Positions 36,922 through 51,359 of a stretch of 64,000 nt of DNA are shown here, one piece after another. The stretch covers positions 10,974,001 through 11,038,000 of the forward strand of contig NC_081331.1 in the NCBI RefSeq assembly GCF_022539665.2, in the 5' to 3' direction. The DNA comes from Daphnia carinata (lineage: Eukaryota). Every line of letters starts with the position of its first letter. Positions within the stretch are counted from its first letter, which is position 1. The notes beneath the pieces were generated by a model. The model had not been told where the DNA came from. It saw nothing but the letters and a program-made list of their open reading frames with translations, and searched no databases. A program made the position numbers and the translations under genes.

Positions 36922-38731
36922 AACGGCTATTTTCTTCGTAAACTCACACTGCTGTATGCGAACTAGGCTTTCTTACAATGATTCAACGGTCGATAGGCAG
37001 AAGAAGGATATCAACCATTTATTTCTATTGACTTAAAATAAGCTTAAATTTTTATCAACTTTTTGGCATTTTCTTATCGTGGTAAGCGACACAAGGGAAA
37101 TTGTCAGCAAGATAGAATGTCACGTTAAGATTGGTATAAGATATCTAAATTATCAGTCCTACACGTATCAGATGTTTAAGGCGGTAAATTAAAAAACAGT
37201 TGCAATAAAATAATTAACCATGGCGAAGGAGGAAAGAAACCTGTTACTATATAACTGCAGCTTTAAACATTTGAAAACCAGCCTTTTAAAAAAGCTGCGG
37301 AAAGCTCCACGTGCCGATGTTACGCAAGATGTTTTATTCTTTACTAACTAATCTAAGACAACAAGGACATGTGTGCTTACCCCGACTTTCCAAAGGTCTC
37401 CAGCTTTTCATAAATACTCTGCAGGACAGCCTGAATGTCCCTTATGGACGTTTTCTGCTCATTTAAAATAACTTCCATGAGTTGGCCGACTTCTTCGCGC
37501 TTTACCTTTTCTTGATTCATGACTTCCTCGAAGTGGACTTCAGCACACGCGTGGCACTTCAGCCCCATTTAAACTCACGTGTCTCCGTCGTCTGCGTCAC
37601 CATAGGAACAGGTTGATTCTTGAAATACTGAAAAATTGTACGAATTTTACTTAGCTACAATGTTGAGACAGAAAACTTTTTCAACAAATCAAAACCTCAA
37701 ATTTGTTCACGCAACATGGATAAAAAAAAAAAAATTTTAATGGAGATATTACTGGCAACGTATCATCTGTCCTTAGTTGGTTTTTGGTTTGTCTTAAAAA
37801 GCATACTTGAATCACTAAAAAACGTATTTCTAAAGAGGAAAAGGAATATCGATCCAACTGTGAACCAAAATTGCAAGTTTGACGACCAGTACTGCAGTAG
37901 CTCCAAAACTTACCAAATGGCTGGCCGAGCGTATTTGGTTTTTCCCGGTAAATAGAAGATAAGGATCAAGTTTTAAAAATCCAAATTTGCTCGTCGTACC
38001 CGTAGTTCTCTTGAAGTAAAGAAGATTTCGATGAGATATCGTTCACTGAGGACGGCTATGAAAAATGTGGAATAAACTGATATCCTGGATACAGAGTCTT
38101 CTTTCACCTGTATGGGATTTCAGGATAACGGTTGCTTACGTGATTTGCCTGAAATAAGTCCATCACCAAGTTTTTCGGGCTTTCCACTGAGATGCTCTTA
38201 TCGTTCTTGTTTTTATCACGCACGGCTTAGTCTTTTACATATTCAAAATTATTAAAATTCCTATGTAATAAAGATACCTGATTTCAAAGAAACACGACGA
38301 AGCAAGTGTTTGTCATCTTTCGTCCAAAGAAAGCAAATCATTTCTTTTTTTTTCACTTGGAAAATTTGCTTTCATCCAAAACACATCGTGTTTGATCTCT
38401 ATAAAAGCTAAATAACAAAAAATTAAAGCATAAAATTTGTCTTGATTCATTTAATTGTAAATAATGCTGTACAAGAACAGCCGATTATGGAAGAGATTTA
38501 AAGCATTTGAAATAACATAGGAATACATACATATTTGTGAAAATGCCATACAAATGAAACGGAAAATAATAATAATAATGATGAAAATCCTGTGTAAATG
38601 TACTATGCGTATACTGAATAATGGGCAGCACATGAAAAAACATAACACCATCGATCCCGACCTAAGAATAAAAATTTAGCAGATGGGCAAAGGTTTTGTT
38701 TCTCCCTTTTTAAAATTTCCTTTCCAGTACC

Positions 38732-41700
38732 TTAAGACAGTTTTTGCGAAAACTGACTCGATTCAAGGCTGACCGTCGCTGTAACTGTGTGTTTCTGGCG
38801 TACGTCGTATGTGCCCGTTTTGTTCTGCGATGGAATTGTGTGCAAGTCGCTTAATGTAATGTTAAAGTAAAGTGCCACTCGTTGGAGCCTCTGTGCGATA
38901 AAATATACCCCACCAAATAAAAGAAAATAAATTAAAATTCCCAAACAATGAAGGAAATAAAGGAACTGAAGAATAGAAAAAAATAAAACCTGGCTAGTGA
39001 TGAATTGCCTCTGTAAATCTTTGCGGACTTTGTTGTTGAGGACACAGAACGTGATGAAGATGAACAATCCTTGCAGAGAATTCAAGATGGTGAAGATGTA
39101 GGCAAATATTATGCTACCTTGGCCAAAAAACAGAAAGCCAAAGAACCAAGTGATGCCCAGAATAAAAGTCAATGAGATGGTGCCAAAAATCCATCGAAAA
39201 TTGTGCTTCTTCTCTTTCTTTTCGTCAAAGTTACGTCTTGATTTAAAACTGACTGAGAGAGCTATCATCAAAAAGGCTAGATTCATCTGAAAAGTTTGGC
39301 CAAATAGATGATGAATTAAAAGATGACAAGATCAGCGATAAACAGAAAACATACCAACAAGATAGCAGCCACGGGTCCTGCAAAGGCCCATATCGCTCCA
39401 TTTTCATAACTAAGCCAGCAACTGGAAAGAAATTGAAATGTCATAAGAGCTCTGTCCATACTTGGATTCTATTTCATAGTACTATGTAGAATTAGAGTAA
39501 GCCTGAGTATTAGTTGCTGCCAGAGTGATTGCCACTACTAAGACGGGAAATCCATAACCGATGGCGTAATATTGCCAATGTTTTAAGCCGCTTCTGTCAA
39601 AGACCTGGGAAAACCACACAATAAGAATCGTGGAACGGATTGCCTTATAACGTAGTAAACAATTACCTTGGTGATGAGAAAGTACATGTAGAGGCCCTCG
39701 ACAAACATCCAGCTGAAAGCGCACAGGAAAAATAGATGCAGGAAAACACCGATGGCTAAACAGACATCCCGATTGGATGTAGCGTCAATTCCAGCCAGCA
39801 AGAGAATCTCGGCAATCAACAGGTTAATGCACAAGTTGCGATGAACCATGAAACGGAAATCTCGACGTAGGGTTCGCACCCAGTAGAATACAATTAAAGC
39901 CAATGTCAGGCAAGCAATGGAAATGCTTTCACCAATGATAGTGATGTAATCTAGGGCAGGTACAGTCTTAAGAAAAAACCAATTCCATTAAGTGTTTGAT
40001 GAACTGATTAAATCTTATGCACCTTATTCTGAAAGACGCCGTTGATGTCCATGACAACAGCGAAGTTAGTCAAATGGTTACATCTGCATCGAGTGCTCGA
40101 TTTGTCTATGGAGAAATTCGAAACTGGATTAATACATTAACGCTTGTAAATGAGGCTATTGGATTTCACCATTAGTATCTACCACTTCGCATCCATCAAA
40201 CGACCAATCTTGCGTGAACACGTTCCAATACGCACACCTCGCGCTTGTCCGATTGACTTCATAGAGATTGAGGTTTAGTGTGCTGAGTAAAATTTCTACA
40301 TTGCCATCAGCGAAGTGGATGTGTCCGTTCGGTTCGCCCAGCGTAGCGCCCATCACCTTCGATACCACAACTTGCTTTATTGGCTCGGAATTGGTTCGAT
40401 TTTCCTCAAACAATTGGCTAACATAGCATTGAAAACAAATGAATGCCAAGTCATCCTTTGAAGGAGAAGGGTGGTAATTACGCTAGTGTGTCGCCATGGA
40501 GAAGATTTTGAAAAGCGGGATACGTTGCGAACGAAAGACGAATCTTTGGATCGCCGGTCGCATAAGGAAATCCTGCAGGTAGGATCAATTGGTCTTTACC
40601 TCCTGCCACGTAAGCATAACTTTCGTTGTTGTAGTCCGATTTTGGTTTGTTTTCCACCTGTATGGCTGTAACCAATTTTGAATTCTAATTGATTAAAAAT
40701 CGCAAATTTAAAAAAATATAATTTTTAACTTAATATTACCGATGTTTTCATAATTATAATTTTTGTATATTTTATCAAGAAGATTGTCAGCCAAGAGGAA
40801 TAACGTGTCGTCCATGTTCTTTTGTACGGCATCGATAGCCTCGCTACGGGCGTTTGATTCCAAACCCCAGAATGCCAATTCATTTCCCAGCAACACATTA
40901 TTCACATCAGTGACGGAACTGGTAAAATTTTTGCTGCTGATGTCTTTCGAATTCGGATCTGAATTTGCAGCCAACAGCTGGGTTTGTTTGTCGATGGCTA
41001 AACGCACTGTTTGGTCCAATTGGATAATGTCGCCCGAACCCAACTCGTTCTGTTTAAGTACACTAGAGAGGCTATCCAATGCCTGGCTGGGATTGCCACC
41101 ATATTCAATCTCATAGTTTGCTTGATTGATAGAATTTTGAATCGCAATGTTTGTGCAATTGCTAAAAGACAAATAAGTAAAAAAAAATAATTAATTTATA
41201 TTTCAGAACTTGTATTTGTTTTTGTATGTTTTACCTTAGATCAGGAGTTGGGGTAATCCACTGTCCAGCAAGATTACACGTCCAGCTAGCGATCCCTGTT
41301 AACCCGTTGGGACAATCTTTATACACTTTTGCATCGGCATCTGCTTCCCAGCAAACGTTCGATGGATACCCAGAGACACCGCATTTAACCGGGCAGGACA
41401 TTTGTTCATAATTGAAATCATCATCTGGCAGTCCCGGAGGTAGTACACACAAGGCACGAACTTTCTTCGTTCTTGTACCGGTTTTACATCTCGAATGCGG
41501 ATTAGGTCCAATGCCAGGCTGGACCTCGTACACGGCGCATTGAAATCCGTCCAGGTACTGTTCAAAATGCTGTGGTGTTCGCTGTTCGTTGGTCCATGTA
41601 TAATATTTGAACCAGGTAGGAATAGCTGAGGAGGCTGTGATGTTCGGCGGAATGGAATTGTCCAAGCTACGGAAGATGGATGCAAAGTCGATAGAGCTCG

Positions 41701-43028
41701 TAAACTGAGCTAAATCCCCACCCAGTTGAAGACAATACGATCGTGCCTCTTTCCATTCGAGGTTTGCTGGTGTTAACTATACCATTCCAGAATTAGAAAA
41801 ATTAATTTCTAGTGTAAACGATAGAAGTAAATTACCCTGTAACAAGAATCCTGTACTAAAACCGATTGAGTAGAAGGGTTGCACACGAAGGTTTGCCTGT
41901 CGATCGATACGCTTTCATATTCAAAGACGTAGTACTCTGGTAGCGCAAGAGTCACGTTTGATTGGCCAACGTGGGACATGATGAGTGACGAATCAAATTG
42001 GCAATCTGAAGTTTTAAACTGACACCTAATTTCATTCATTTAAATTATTGAGAGCTTATAAATAGCATAATATTTTATGGAAATAGTCTTACCAGAATCG
42101 CACGAGTGCGAAAACATTTGGGAGCAGCTGAGCAACACTCTTGCATCCATATTCCGTGCCAAGTCTCGATCTTATTTTAAAGAAAAAGTGCTCTAAATGC
42201 TGCTGTTATTATATAATAGATGTTATACCTTCCCGACGGGCATTGGATGACAGCATTATCGCCAATGGGGCAGCTCCACATCTCGGCATACCGAATACTC
42301 AAAGATTTGGTGCTGTTGCCCATGAGCGGAATCGTCACAGTTGCGTCCACAGGATCGTGCAACTCACAGCTCCAAGTGGCTGAAAGCAGAAGGAAAAATT
42401 GGATTATTCAGCTATTAGTATAATTAATGCTTTATTCTATTGTTTGACTACGTGCTATTATTGTTACGAAAGAACCAGATTGTTATGATGTCACCCCTAA
42501 ACAACGTGGATTTTTTCCTTATCAGGTCTTTTCTTTTACGACAATAAAAATAATAAAACAAATGGCCAACGAGAAATGTGAAAACATGTGCAATTTATGA
42601 GCCACTAGATTGACAAAAAAAAATCCCTAATGATAAAAGGAACCGAAAGATAAAGAATATTTAAAAGCCATCATACTTTCGTATTCATAAGGTTGGCTGT
42701 CGTCTGCTGCGACCAAGGGATTTCGACACTGGAACTGTCGATTGTAGCTGGTTGATGACTCTAGCCAATAACTGATGGATTTCGTCACAACCAAGCAGTC
42801 CGTTCCATTTGCACAGTAAGATCCCGGATTGTTGCAAAAGGTGGGCGCTGTCCATGCACAGAAACCGTCATCAGTTACGCAATTAGATGCACTGACTCGG
42901 CAATTGGTTGCTATTAGATTATAAAATAAAATTAAAGGTTAAACATTCTCTGATTAAATTAACTAGACATATGAAATCAACTTACTCGTCCAGCAGAGAA
43001 CAACAAGCAGCGTGAGAATTACATTCAT
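38732..43028 (-). CDS. Adhesion GPCR, latrophilin/Cirl-like, copy B (tandem paralogue)
   Basis: Same exon and domain order as copy A: MNVILTLLVVLCW signal, EWKEARSYCLQLGGDLA, CAYWNVFTQDWSFDGC, CRCNHLTNFAVVMD, VHRNLC, WAFAGP, LGITWFFG, LNSLQG; stop at 38732. Confidence 0.88.
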
Positions 43029-46000
43029 TTTCTGCGTGACACGATAGACTTTTATCACCTGCATTCGGCCATGTACTGTGTTACACTATCGTCATATCCT
43101 GGGCACTTCCTTCACGTCCCTTCTGTCTACGTTGGCCGTAATCAGTAAAGATCAGTCCGCCTTTTATCACGAGCTACGTAAAGAAAAGACGAAGTAATTA
43201 AAATGATAATACGTTATTTGAGCTTGACCGACGCCAAATATCAGGTGGCTTTCCTCGGAATATACCATTTGACGTGTCTCTCGCGTGGCGCAATCGATCG
43301 GCATCCTATGACGAAAATTTGAAGTCATCAAAGAATCCCAATTATTTATTACGATTTCAAACATGCCTTATAAACGAGTTCCTTACTTCTAGTTTGCCTT
43401 TTCGTTGGCATTTAATGGTCAACCGAGTTTTCTTTGATACCCAGGATATCCGATTTAGTTTGAAGGAATAGAAAATCTTATAAGGAAAAAGTTAGTGGTA
43501 TACATACCAAAATGCTCTTTGATCCCTCTTGGAGTCACGTGATTTTCCCTTCAATATTTTTCCAACAAGTTTCGAATGTCCGAGCAAAAGCAATTTACCG
43601 GAGTCCAGCAGTTGTGTCCTTTGATCTTTTCCAAATCTAAAAACAGCAGGACTGCGCCCTTTTCCGTATGTAAATTTTTGACCTACTTCTTTCTGCTGTA
43701 CGAATGCTTTCGGACAAAGTGGTTTCATCAATCACTGCGACTTCTTGTGTCTTACCGCACTGGTTAAACAAATTGTTTTAGTTTGCATAATTGCGTCTGT
43801 CTTTTGCATTCTCTACTGTCTTAGGCACGAGACGACATGAGATAAACGATGTCATCGCGCGGATTTAACCGTCAGCGGATGTCGGCAAACCGCACAAGAA
43901 AAATGATGACGTCTTTTTTTTTTTTTGGGGGGGGGGGAGGGTTTCGTGTTCTTGGTTACCAGCCGTAATGAGTTTCAACAAACCGTGGTAACCTTAATAA
44001 AAAAAAATATATACATAACAAAAGTTGTTTTACGTATCACATTCGTTCGATCACGTGTCTTAAGCGCATCAGCAAAAAACGATAATGTCAACGGCCGACG
44101 TGAATCGTTCGTGAGTCGTTAAAAACCTCGAAATCTATCTGACTACCATACACGACGAACAGTAGGATAGCTAATTGGCATATTCGCCTTCTCTGCGTAA
44201 AATACTTAAAAATAGAAAGTGCTCGCGTAGTAGGACTGCGATATCATATCTTTCTAATCATTTAAAAAGGGGTTGGTAATCAATTGAATCGACCTGCTTT
44301 TCTTCCCTCTTTTCGTCGTCTATCAATTGTTGCCTACTTTGATGACTCCTCGCAGTTTACAAATAGAATTACTTATGATATTGCCGTACTTTTCTACATC
44401 GTCTCTCGTAATAAAAAAAAAATGGCATTCCGCAAAGTAGACATCTGGCTGCGAGATACATTGTAAAAACTTTTATAGATCAAACCGCCACGCTATAAAA
44501 GCGATGATTTTACGACGTCAGATTGCGTGTCTCTCCACAGGCCAATAATATAACCCAATAAGAACCCGTCGGTTCTCACTGTAGAGGTGACGATGCTAGA
44601 CCTCGAAAAAGAGTTATAGAAAAGAATGTCGTCGAGGACACCATAACAAAACTGACATCAAAGATGCAGCTGCTGGTTGAGCGCGAATTATGAATCGGCG
44701 ACATGGTTCCTCCCGTACACTGAAAAAAGTAGGTCATTGGGTCGCAGAGTGTGTCACGAAAACGCAAACGGATCCCCTCCATTTTGGTCTAGACAAAATT
44801 AGATTCACCAACCGTACGAATTGTTTTGCACAGATGACAACGTCGGAGACCTACGCCGCTTATTTCTAGTGCCAATCGGTCACGGTACATTTCGGCTAAA
44901 GCCAAGACGCGAAAGTTGGAGAGGCCGTCACAAGAAGTTCTTTGTTCGCACCGTGACCTTCTGCTCGCATTCGATCATCAGTCAGGGTAGAGCCCATACA
45001 AACAGTTGCGAACGTAAGCCATCAGTATGGATACAGAGAGATAAATACAAGAGATATTGAAGTTTCCGTTTGAAATAGACTCGCACTACGCGGCATCGCT
45101 CGGCATTTTTCGCGAAATTGTGGCGACTATTTTTGGATTCTATTTCCTGCCACACCAGCGTGGGGTATCACCATTCAACTGGGGAGCTGATAGACTATCA
45201 TTTCTACCAGTGGGAACACCCACTCGCGTAGACGAACAGAATTGCCTTCCTTGTTACGCGTGCACAAGGCGGCGCCTTTGGTTTGACACTTTAATTTCCT
45301 CACTATTAAATGAAATCGAATTCGAAGATTGCATCGCTCAAAAATAGACGTTCTTTTCGATAATTCGATGCTGTTCTTAATCCTTTCTAGATTTTCTAGT
45401 CGGGATAAACGTTCATTCGCCAACTGGATAAGGGGTGAACGAGTATAACAAATATTTAGGGGACGTAGTAAATCCGAAAAGACTGCTATTCTTTTGAATT
45501 TTTGCGGCAATGAAAGACGTCGAGTTTTCTTTGTGTTTTGATGTTACAAGAGAAGATCCGTTAAGAATCTTAAGAGAACTTTGACCTTTTCGGTTAGAGA
45601 TATGCCATACGTGATGAACGCTGATTCACCATCTGCAACGGGTAAGCTACTGACACGTGCCGTGAAAACTTCTAGAGCTAGAGATTCTTTTCGATAAACA
45701 ATAAAGAAATCCACGCAGAGTGGCACCAATGTTTTGCACGCGAATATCGAAACGTAGTGCTCCATTAAAAAAACGTAAAGAATTGAATTTCCACGGGAAA
45801 TTGCAGCCTACAGCGTACGAAAGACAGCTGTCGTTTAAATTATGTACCCTCCGAGTCTTAAAAGCTTCTAATCAAGTTTTGCATTTTACAAGATGGAGAT
45901 CGATCCTTCGCACGTGCAAACGTGAGCGAATCTCACGTGTTACTTAGACAACGTGCTCTTCCCTCAATCGATCGGCCTAATGCAATACGTACAGCCAATA

Positions 46001-48209
46001 GCACGCGTGATTGTATACCCCTTCTAATCAATTATTATCATTTGGTAGGAAAAAAAAAAAAAGGGAATCTTCATAAAGACGACTAACGAAAGCTAAATAA
46101 TTGAATCTATTACACTCTTACCACGTAGTTTGATTGGCCAACTTCACGCGGGGAAGTTCTCGCAAAAGTTCAGAAAAACTTGAAACAAGTGAAATATCAC
46201 ACAAGTATCATCTCAGAAAAAAAACTAACTTGTGCAAACTTTTGCGATAATGCGATAACATTAACAAAGGGAGAATCTATAAGTAAACCAGAGCGCCAAA
46301 CCCCAGCTTTTACCAATGAACTTTTGCAAGCTACGCACGCACGTCGCTCACGTTTTGCTAATTCACGGAAAAACAAAACAATACAAATAAAAACAAAAAT
46401 TTAACAATGACACAGGCATCGACTGTTGGTGCCTTTTTTTCCCTTCCGGCACAAGTTTCCCCTTCAAGCGAAAAAAACAAACAAAGTTTAGCCATGATGA
46501 AACACGTCTAATACAATGCAGAATATAAACGAGGCAGAAAGAGAAAGAAGGTTTAATTAAAAAAAAGAAAGCCACTACGATCGTAACGCAATAACATTGG
46601 CAACCATAATACAAGTTTGTATCCGAGCAAAACCGCAAACGTGATTGCACGTAGTCGAACGTGAATGACGTCTCACGTGCATGATTGAATATGAAATTTT
46701 TTTTTCTTTTCTCCCAAAGAAATCGAGCCCACAAAAAACTAATATGCCGATCAAATGATATTGCATACGGAAAGATAAACAAAATTTAATATTTAATATT
46801 AATTCTATTCCATTTGTCTAAGCGCAAAACCGATCGTGCACTTTAAGCGGAATAAAAGAACGAAAAAAAAAAATAAAAAAAGTTAAATGTCTAATCAAGA
46901 AATCCCGCTGTGGCGCCATAAAACATAAAACGTTAAGTTTTTATTGTTTTATTAGCTAGCCGTTTTGTATAGCCCAATTGAGAGCAAACATATCAGTCTC
47001 CCGGACGACATCGAATTGGCAATCAGATATGACAGAGAACTTAATTAGAGGCCAGTTATAGAAGCCGTTGCTATGCCTATCTATTCTCGCGTGCATAGAC
47101 GATGAGGATACCCTCCCGCAGTCTTGCACGTTTCAAGAGAAATGATATCAGCATTGTATAGAATAATATGGGATTCATATTACCAATAACTAATTAGCAA
47201 AGACAATATTGCTGTATTGATATCATTTACAGATATTCAATCAGCGTCTGATGCAAATCATCGGCGTTGTGCCGCCATCAGCCGAGCAAAAACAAACACG
47301 AGTATGTCACGAGTTCACTATGTTTCCCTGACGACGGCAAATTTGATTCCTACCACACGCAAATTTTGGCCGATATACAAAAACATACAGCGACGTCTTT
47401 GTGTGGATCTAACGCCAGGCAATCGTGACGTCCACAAAAGCCAAATGTGCTACCACCAGAGGGCTTTGTACGTTCGAATAGAACACGTAGACCAAAGACT
47501 CAACGTCAATGGATTTACAGGTGGCTGATGTAATTGACTTTATCAGATGCGCCTATCAATCTCAGCGCAAGCAATTAAAAGAGCCACGAGGGATGGAGGA
47601 ACAAGAGATGGGGAAAAACATGGCCCAGTCACGTGGGTAAAGATCACCTGTATGCTACGGTCGTCGATCTCGTTTTATAAAGTCAACCCACGCAATCCAG
47701 CATTGACATTTTAACGACTCCCCGATGGATCGTATAAGACGCTGTTTAGACAGACCCATGGGGCGAGCTGTTTATAGTTCCTAAACCGAAGGCAGTTGGT
47801 CCGTCCTATCATCTACAAAAGTCTTGCACAACAACAATAATAATAATAAAAAAAAAAGGATTTCCCTTTTGGATTCGCTTTCTCTTGCACGAGGGATCAA
47901 CTGACAGCCACGTACTCGGAACCCCACCGCTCTTCTATTTTGCTAAAAAAAAAAAATGACAAAGTTTATTTTTTGCGGCAGAGGATGTGTGGCATTGGAA
48001 GTTGTTTCTGCTTTGGTCGTCTAGATAGACTAGTATGTACTCCCGTGTTTTGACTCTCGGCTACACGGCCAGACCGAACGGCGAGGGCAGCCCAGGCGCG
48101 CATCCGTTCCCAATTGGATTTATTTTGGCGACGACTTTCTTAGCGCCCGTCTTTGCGCTTGCGCATTTGAATTTTTTGTTTTTATTCCACCATTTGCGAA
48201 GGACGCGCC

Positions 48210-48401
48210 TTGATATATACCAATGTGTCCGCCCGCTTTGACATCAGTTCAGAAGTGTGTCTCTAACAAGAATCGCCAGTGTTCCCACGTCTCACGCTGA
48301 TCATCGAAAAGCCAAGTTTCAAAGCCCATCCAAAACGGATATTTGATTTTCCTCTCATTTTTCTTTCGCAAGAAACTTAAAAAAACTGTCAACATCGTCA
48401 G
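48210..48401 (+). promoter_or_regulatory. Core promoter and non-coding first exon of RERG-like gene 1
   Basis: TATA-like GATATATA near 48212, Inr TCAGTT at 48244 (about 30 nt later), donor CAG|GTAAGA at 48401, acceptor TAATTAG near 49467 ahead of the ATG. Confidence 0.6.
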
Positions 48402-49497
48402 GTAAGAAACTCTTATTAATTGCATTCAACGTTTCACGTACGGAGGAGCAAAAGAGACAAATTTGCGCATTCGTTTTCTGTCAGCCAATTGGCGCCATTT
48501 CATTTGCGGCTGTCAAATGAAACAAATGGCGAAATGAAACGATCAAGGCTAAACATAAATCTAATCAGAAAAAAAAAAAAAAATCTCTTTTCGCTAGACG
48601 GATGTGGCGATGTGTATATACGGGTAATAGCGCAGCTGTTAGTCTACTCCATGTTGCTCACACCAAACGACAGGCCGGATGCTCCGCCGGGTATATATAG
48701 AGAACTAGAAAGAGAGGAGAGGGGAAAAAAAGATATCGAGGAATGCCAAATGGTTGTTTTATGTAATTACAACGAACCCAGGGCCTCCCCAATTTTAAAT
48801 CGATAGTTAAAATAGCGAGAAAAACGTCTGGAAAAAACTGTACGACTTCTTTAATGCGCCTTGTTTTGAAACGGAGAGCCAAAGAAAAGCGCGACAGTGA
48901 TGAAAGGTGGGTGGCGACGCTGTCCGCTTTAGTTCGGGAGTAGCAAAGAAACAAAAAGAAAAAAAAAAATTCAAACCCATCATCCGCCTACTGGGCCACA
49001 GACCTCAAAAGTCAATAAGAAAAGAAACAACAGAAACGGTTGTCATTACACAACTGATGTAGGTCACTGCAACGGTCAACTACGAGAAGAAGGGACGTAT
49101 AGAGAGCAAAATAATTTTGTCAAAGCCGACAATAAAAAAAAAAAGCAGGGAAGGCTGGGCGAATATCGAAGTCCCGCAATAGACAAGAGCGGCCATGGTT
49201 TGCTGACGTCAGGCAACTAAGTATCCGCAAGCAATCAGGCCAGCTAATTAGCCCCGTTTTTTCCCCCGATCCTAAGTTGCTATCTTTGAACAAAGAGGAA
49301 ATGAGAAAGGCTCGCCATATTCTTTTTAAAAATTTAATACTGGTGGGGGGGAAACAAAAAAAAAAAAAAATAGCACAAAGAAAAATGAATTTCCTTTGAT
49401 CAGGTTCTAGAAATGTTTTAATCCCGTAATGATTTTCAAAATGATTTTTTTTGGTACGCGTAATTAGGTTCTACAAGAGCCAGGCCATACAGCCATC

Positions 49498-51359
49498 ATG
49501 AAAAACGGGATCCAATATCAAGTGAAAGTAACGATTATCGGGGCACGTCAAGTGGGCAAATCAGGTATGTTACATAGTTTTTTTTTTCACGTCAAAAACT
49601 GTCGTTTCCGCACAATTTCATTAAAAATTAAATTGTTTTTGTATTATTGATTCGCTTGGAAACGTGCCCAGCCCTTACGGTTCGCTACCTAACGCGGCGC
49701 TACATCGGTGAATACAAGTCGCACACAGGTAAAAGAAATTTCCAAACAAGAACATGTTGATTGACGTGTACATAATCCTATTGCATCTTTTCCGCAAATG
49801 TTACGCGTTTCTAGATTTATCGTATCGGCAAATTTTCTGCATAGACGGATCGAGCGTCGAAGTGGAAATCGTCGATGTCTCTAATCATCCGGTAAGTTTA
49901 CGCAATAGATCCCCCGCAATTTTCAATTTGCCCATTTTTTTTTATTACGTTCTTTAAATAGTTGTAACATATTAAGAATCCAACTGGATTATCCTCGTAG
50001 AAATAAAGAGTAATTCGCTATGGCAACCCAAAGGAAACGACCGTTTCGAACGAAACCATAGCAACGGTAGTTATCAATAGTAGCCAAAATATTTCAACAT
50101 AGATCCGGGAAGAGAGTAATAAAAACAAACAAATAAATTGTAAACAACAAAAAAAAAAAGAACGTATCAAAATGTAAAAAAAAAATAAAAAAACGGAAAT
50201 GCCATTGAACTAGGCGGCGTAAATATTTACCCATCAAGCTTTAGATGGGCAGTTTCAAGATATAATCAAACGTTATTGTGATCTTGAAAATGCGCGTTCA
50301 AACAACGTAGTAAAAACTACAAATGCAAAAAAAAAAAAAAAAAAAAAAAAGAGAACGTCTCTGTCATCAGTCAGCATGGACTGCGTGTGGATCTTGGTGC
50401 ATTTTCATTGTTTGCAACTGACCACTTCTTGACTTAGCCCATTTGTTATTCTAAAAATCTGTCGTCTTTTTCTTTCTTTTTTAACCTTGGGACCAAACAA
50501 ACAGGAGGATACGAGCGTGCCGACGACACGAGCCAAAAACAGCGACGCCTGCGTCGTTGTCTACTCGATTTCCGACAGGACGAGCTTTGAGGCAGCACAC
50601 GAAGCTCTTGTCGCCCTACAGACAAACAACTCGACCAGTTGTCAGCGAAAATCTTTCGAGGACGACAACAAAGACGAACACGAAATCAATCTATCCCCGC
50701 TGTCCGTACCTGTCGTATTGTTGGCCAATAAAAAAGATCTCGGACATCTAAGACAGGTTAGTTATGGCAACGCGAAATCCCGCGAAACAGTGTCAGATAG
50801 ACACGCGTTTCGGGAGAGATTGTTGAGACGGGCAAAAAGACAACGGCAACAGGATTCTGACAGTGATGACAGAGTCCCGTGTTTTAAAAATAGAAATGTC
50901 GGTTTCGCGAGTGCAATGAACGAGAAAAACGAATATCAAAGATGACGTATGCATTTTTGCTTCCCTTTCTGACAGGTCAATGCGGCAGAAGGAAGGGAGC
51001 TGGCCAAACAGTTTTCGTGCGTTTTCTGCGAAGTCTCAGCGGCAGATCCGGCCGAAAGCGAACCGGAAGACTTGGCCGACATTTTCAATCAATTGATCAA
51101 GGAAGCGCGCAGTTTCAAGATCAGGCAACAGGACGCCAATAACAACGCGAATAACAACAACGGAAGCAGTCATAACAACAACCGGCAGAGGAAGCGTTCC
51201 GTCTACATCATTAATCGAATGCTGGGATCGCTAATGGGACGCAATTCAATGCCACCTGAACTACCTTCTTCTCGGAAAGCAGGCACTTCTCAAATGGCAT
51301 CTTCCATGCCAAACGTGGCAGGTTCGTTCCGATCTGTTTTCAAAAAACGGTCCGTCTAA
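49498..51359 (+). CDS. RERG/RASL11/RASL12-like small GTPase, copy 1
   Basis: Exons 49498-49565, 49673-49728, 49815-49891, 50505-50756, 50976-51359: G1 GARQVGKS, ALTVRYLTRRYIGEY (RERG/RASL signature), VVYSISDRTSF, G4 NKKD, G5 EVSA; no CAAX box. Confidence 0.85.

Noticed and set aside
43480..43770. Coding-looking fragment with a donor-like end upstream of GPCR B
   Set aside because: No recognisable homology; the most protein-like frames are interrupted by stops.
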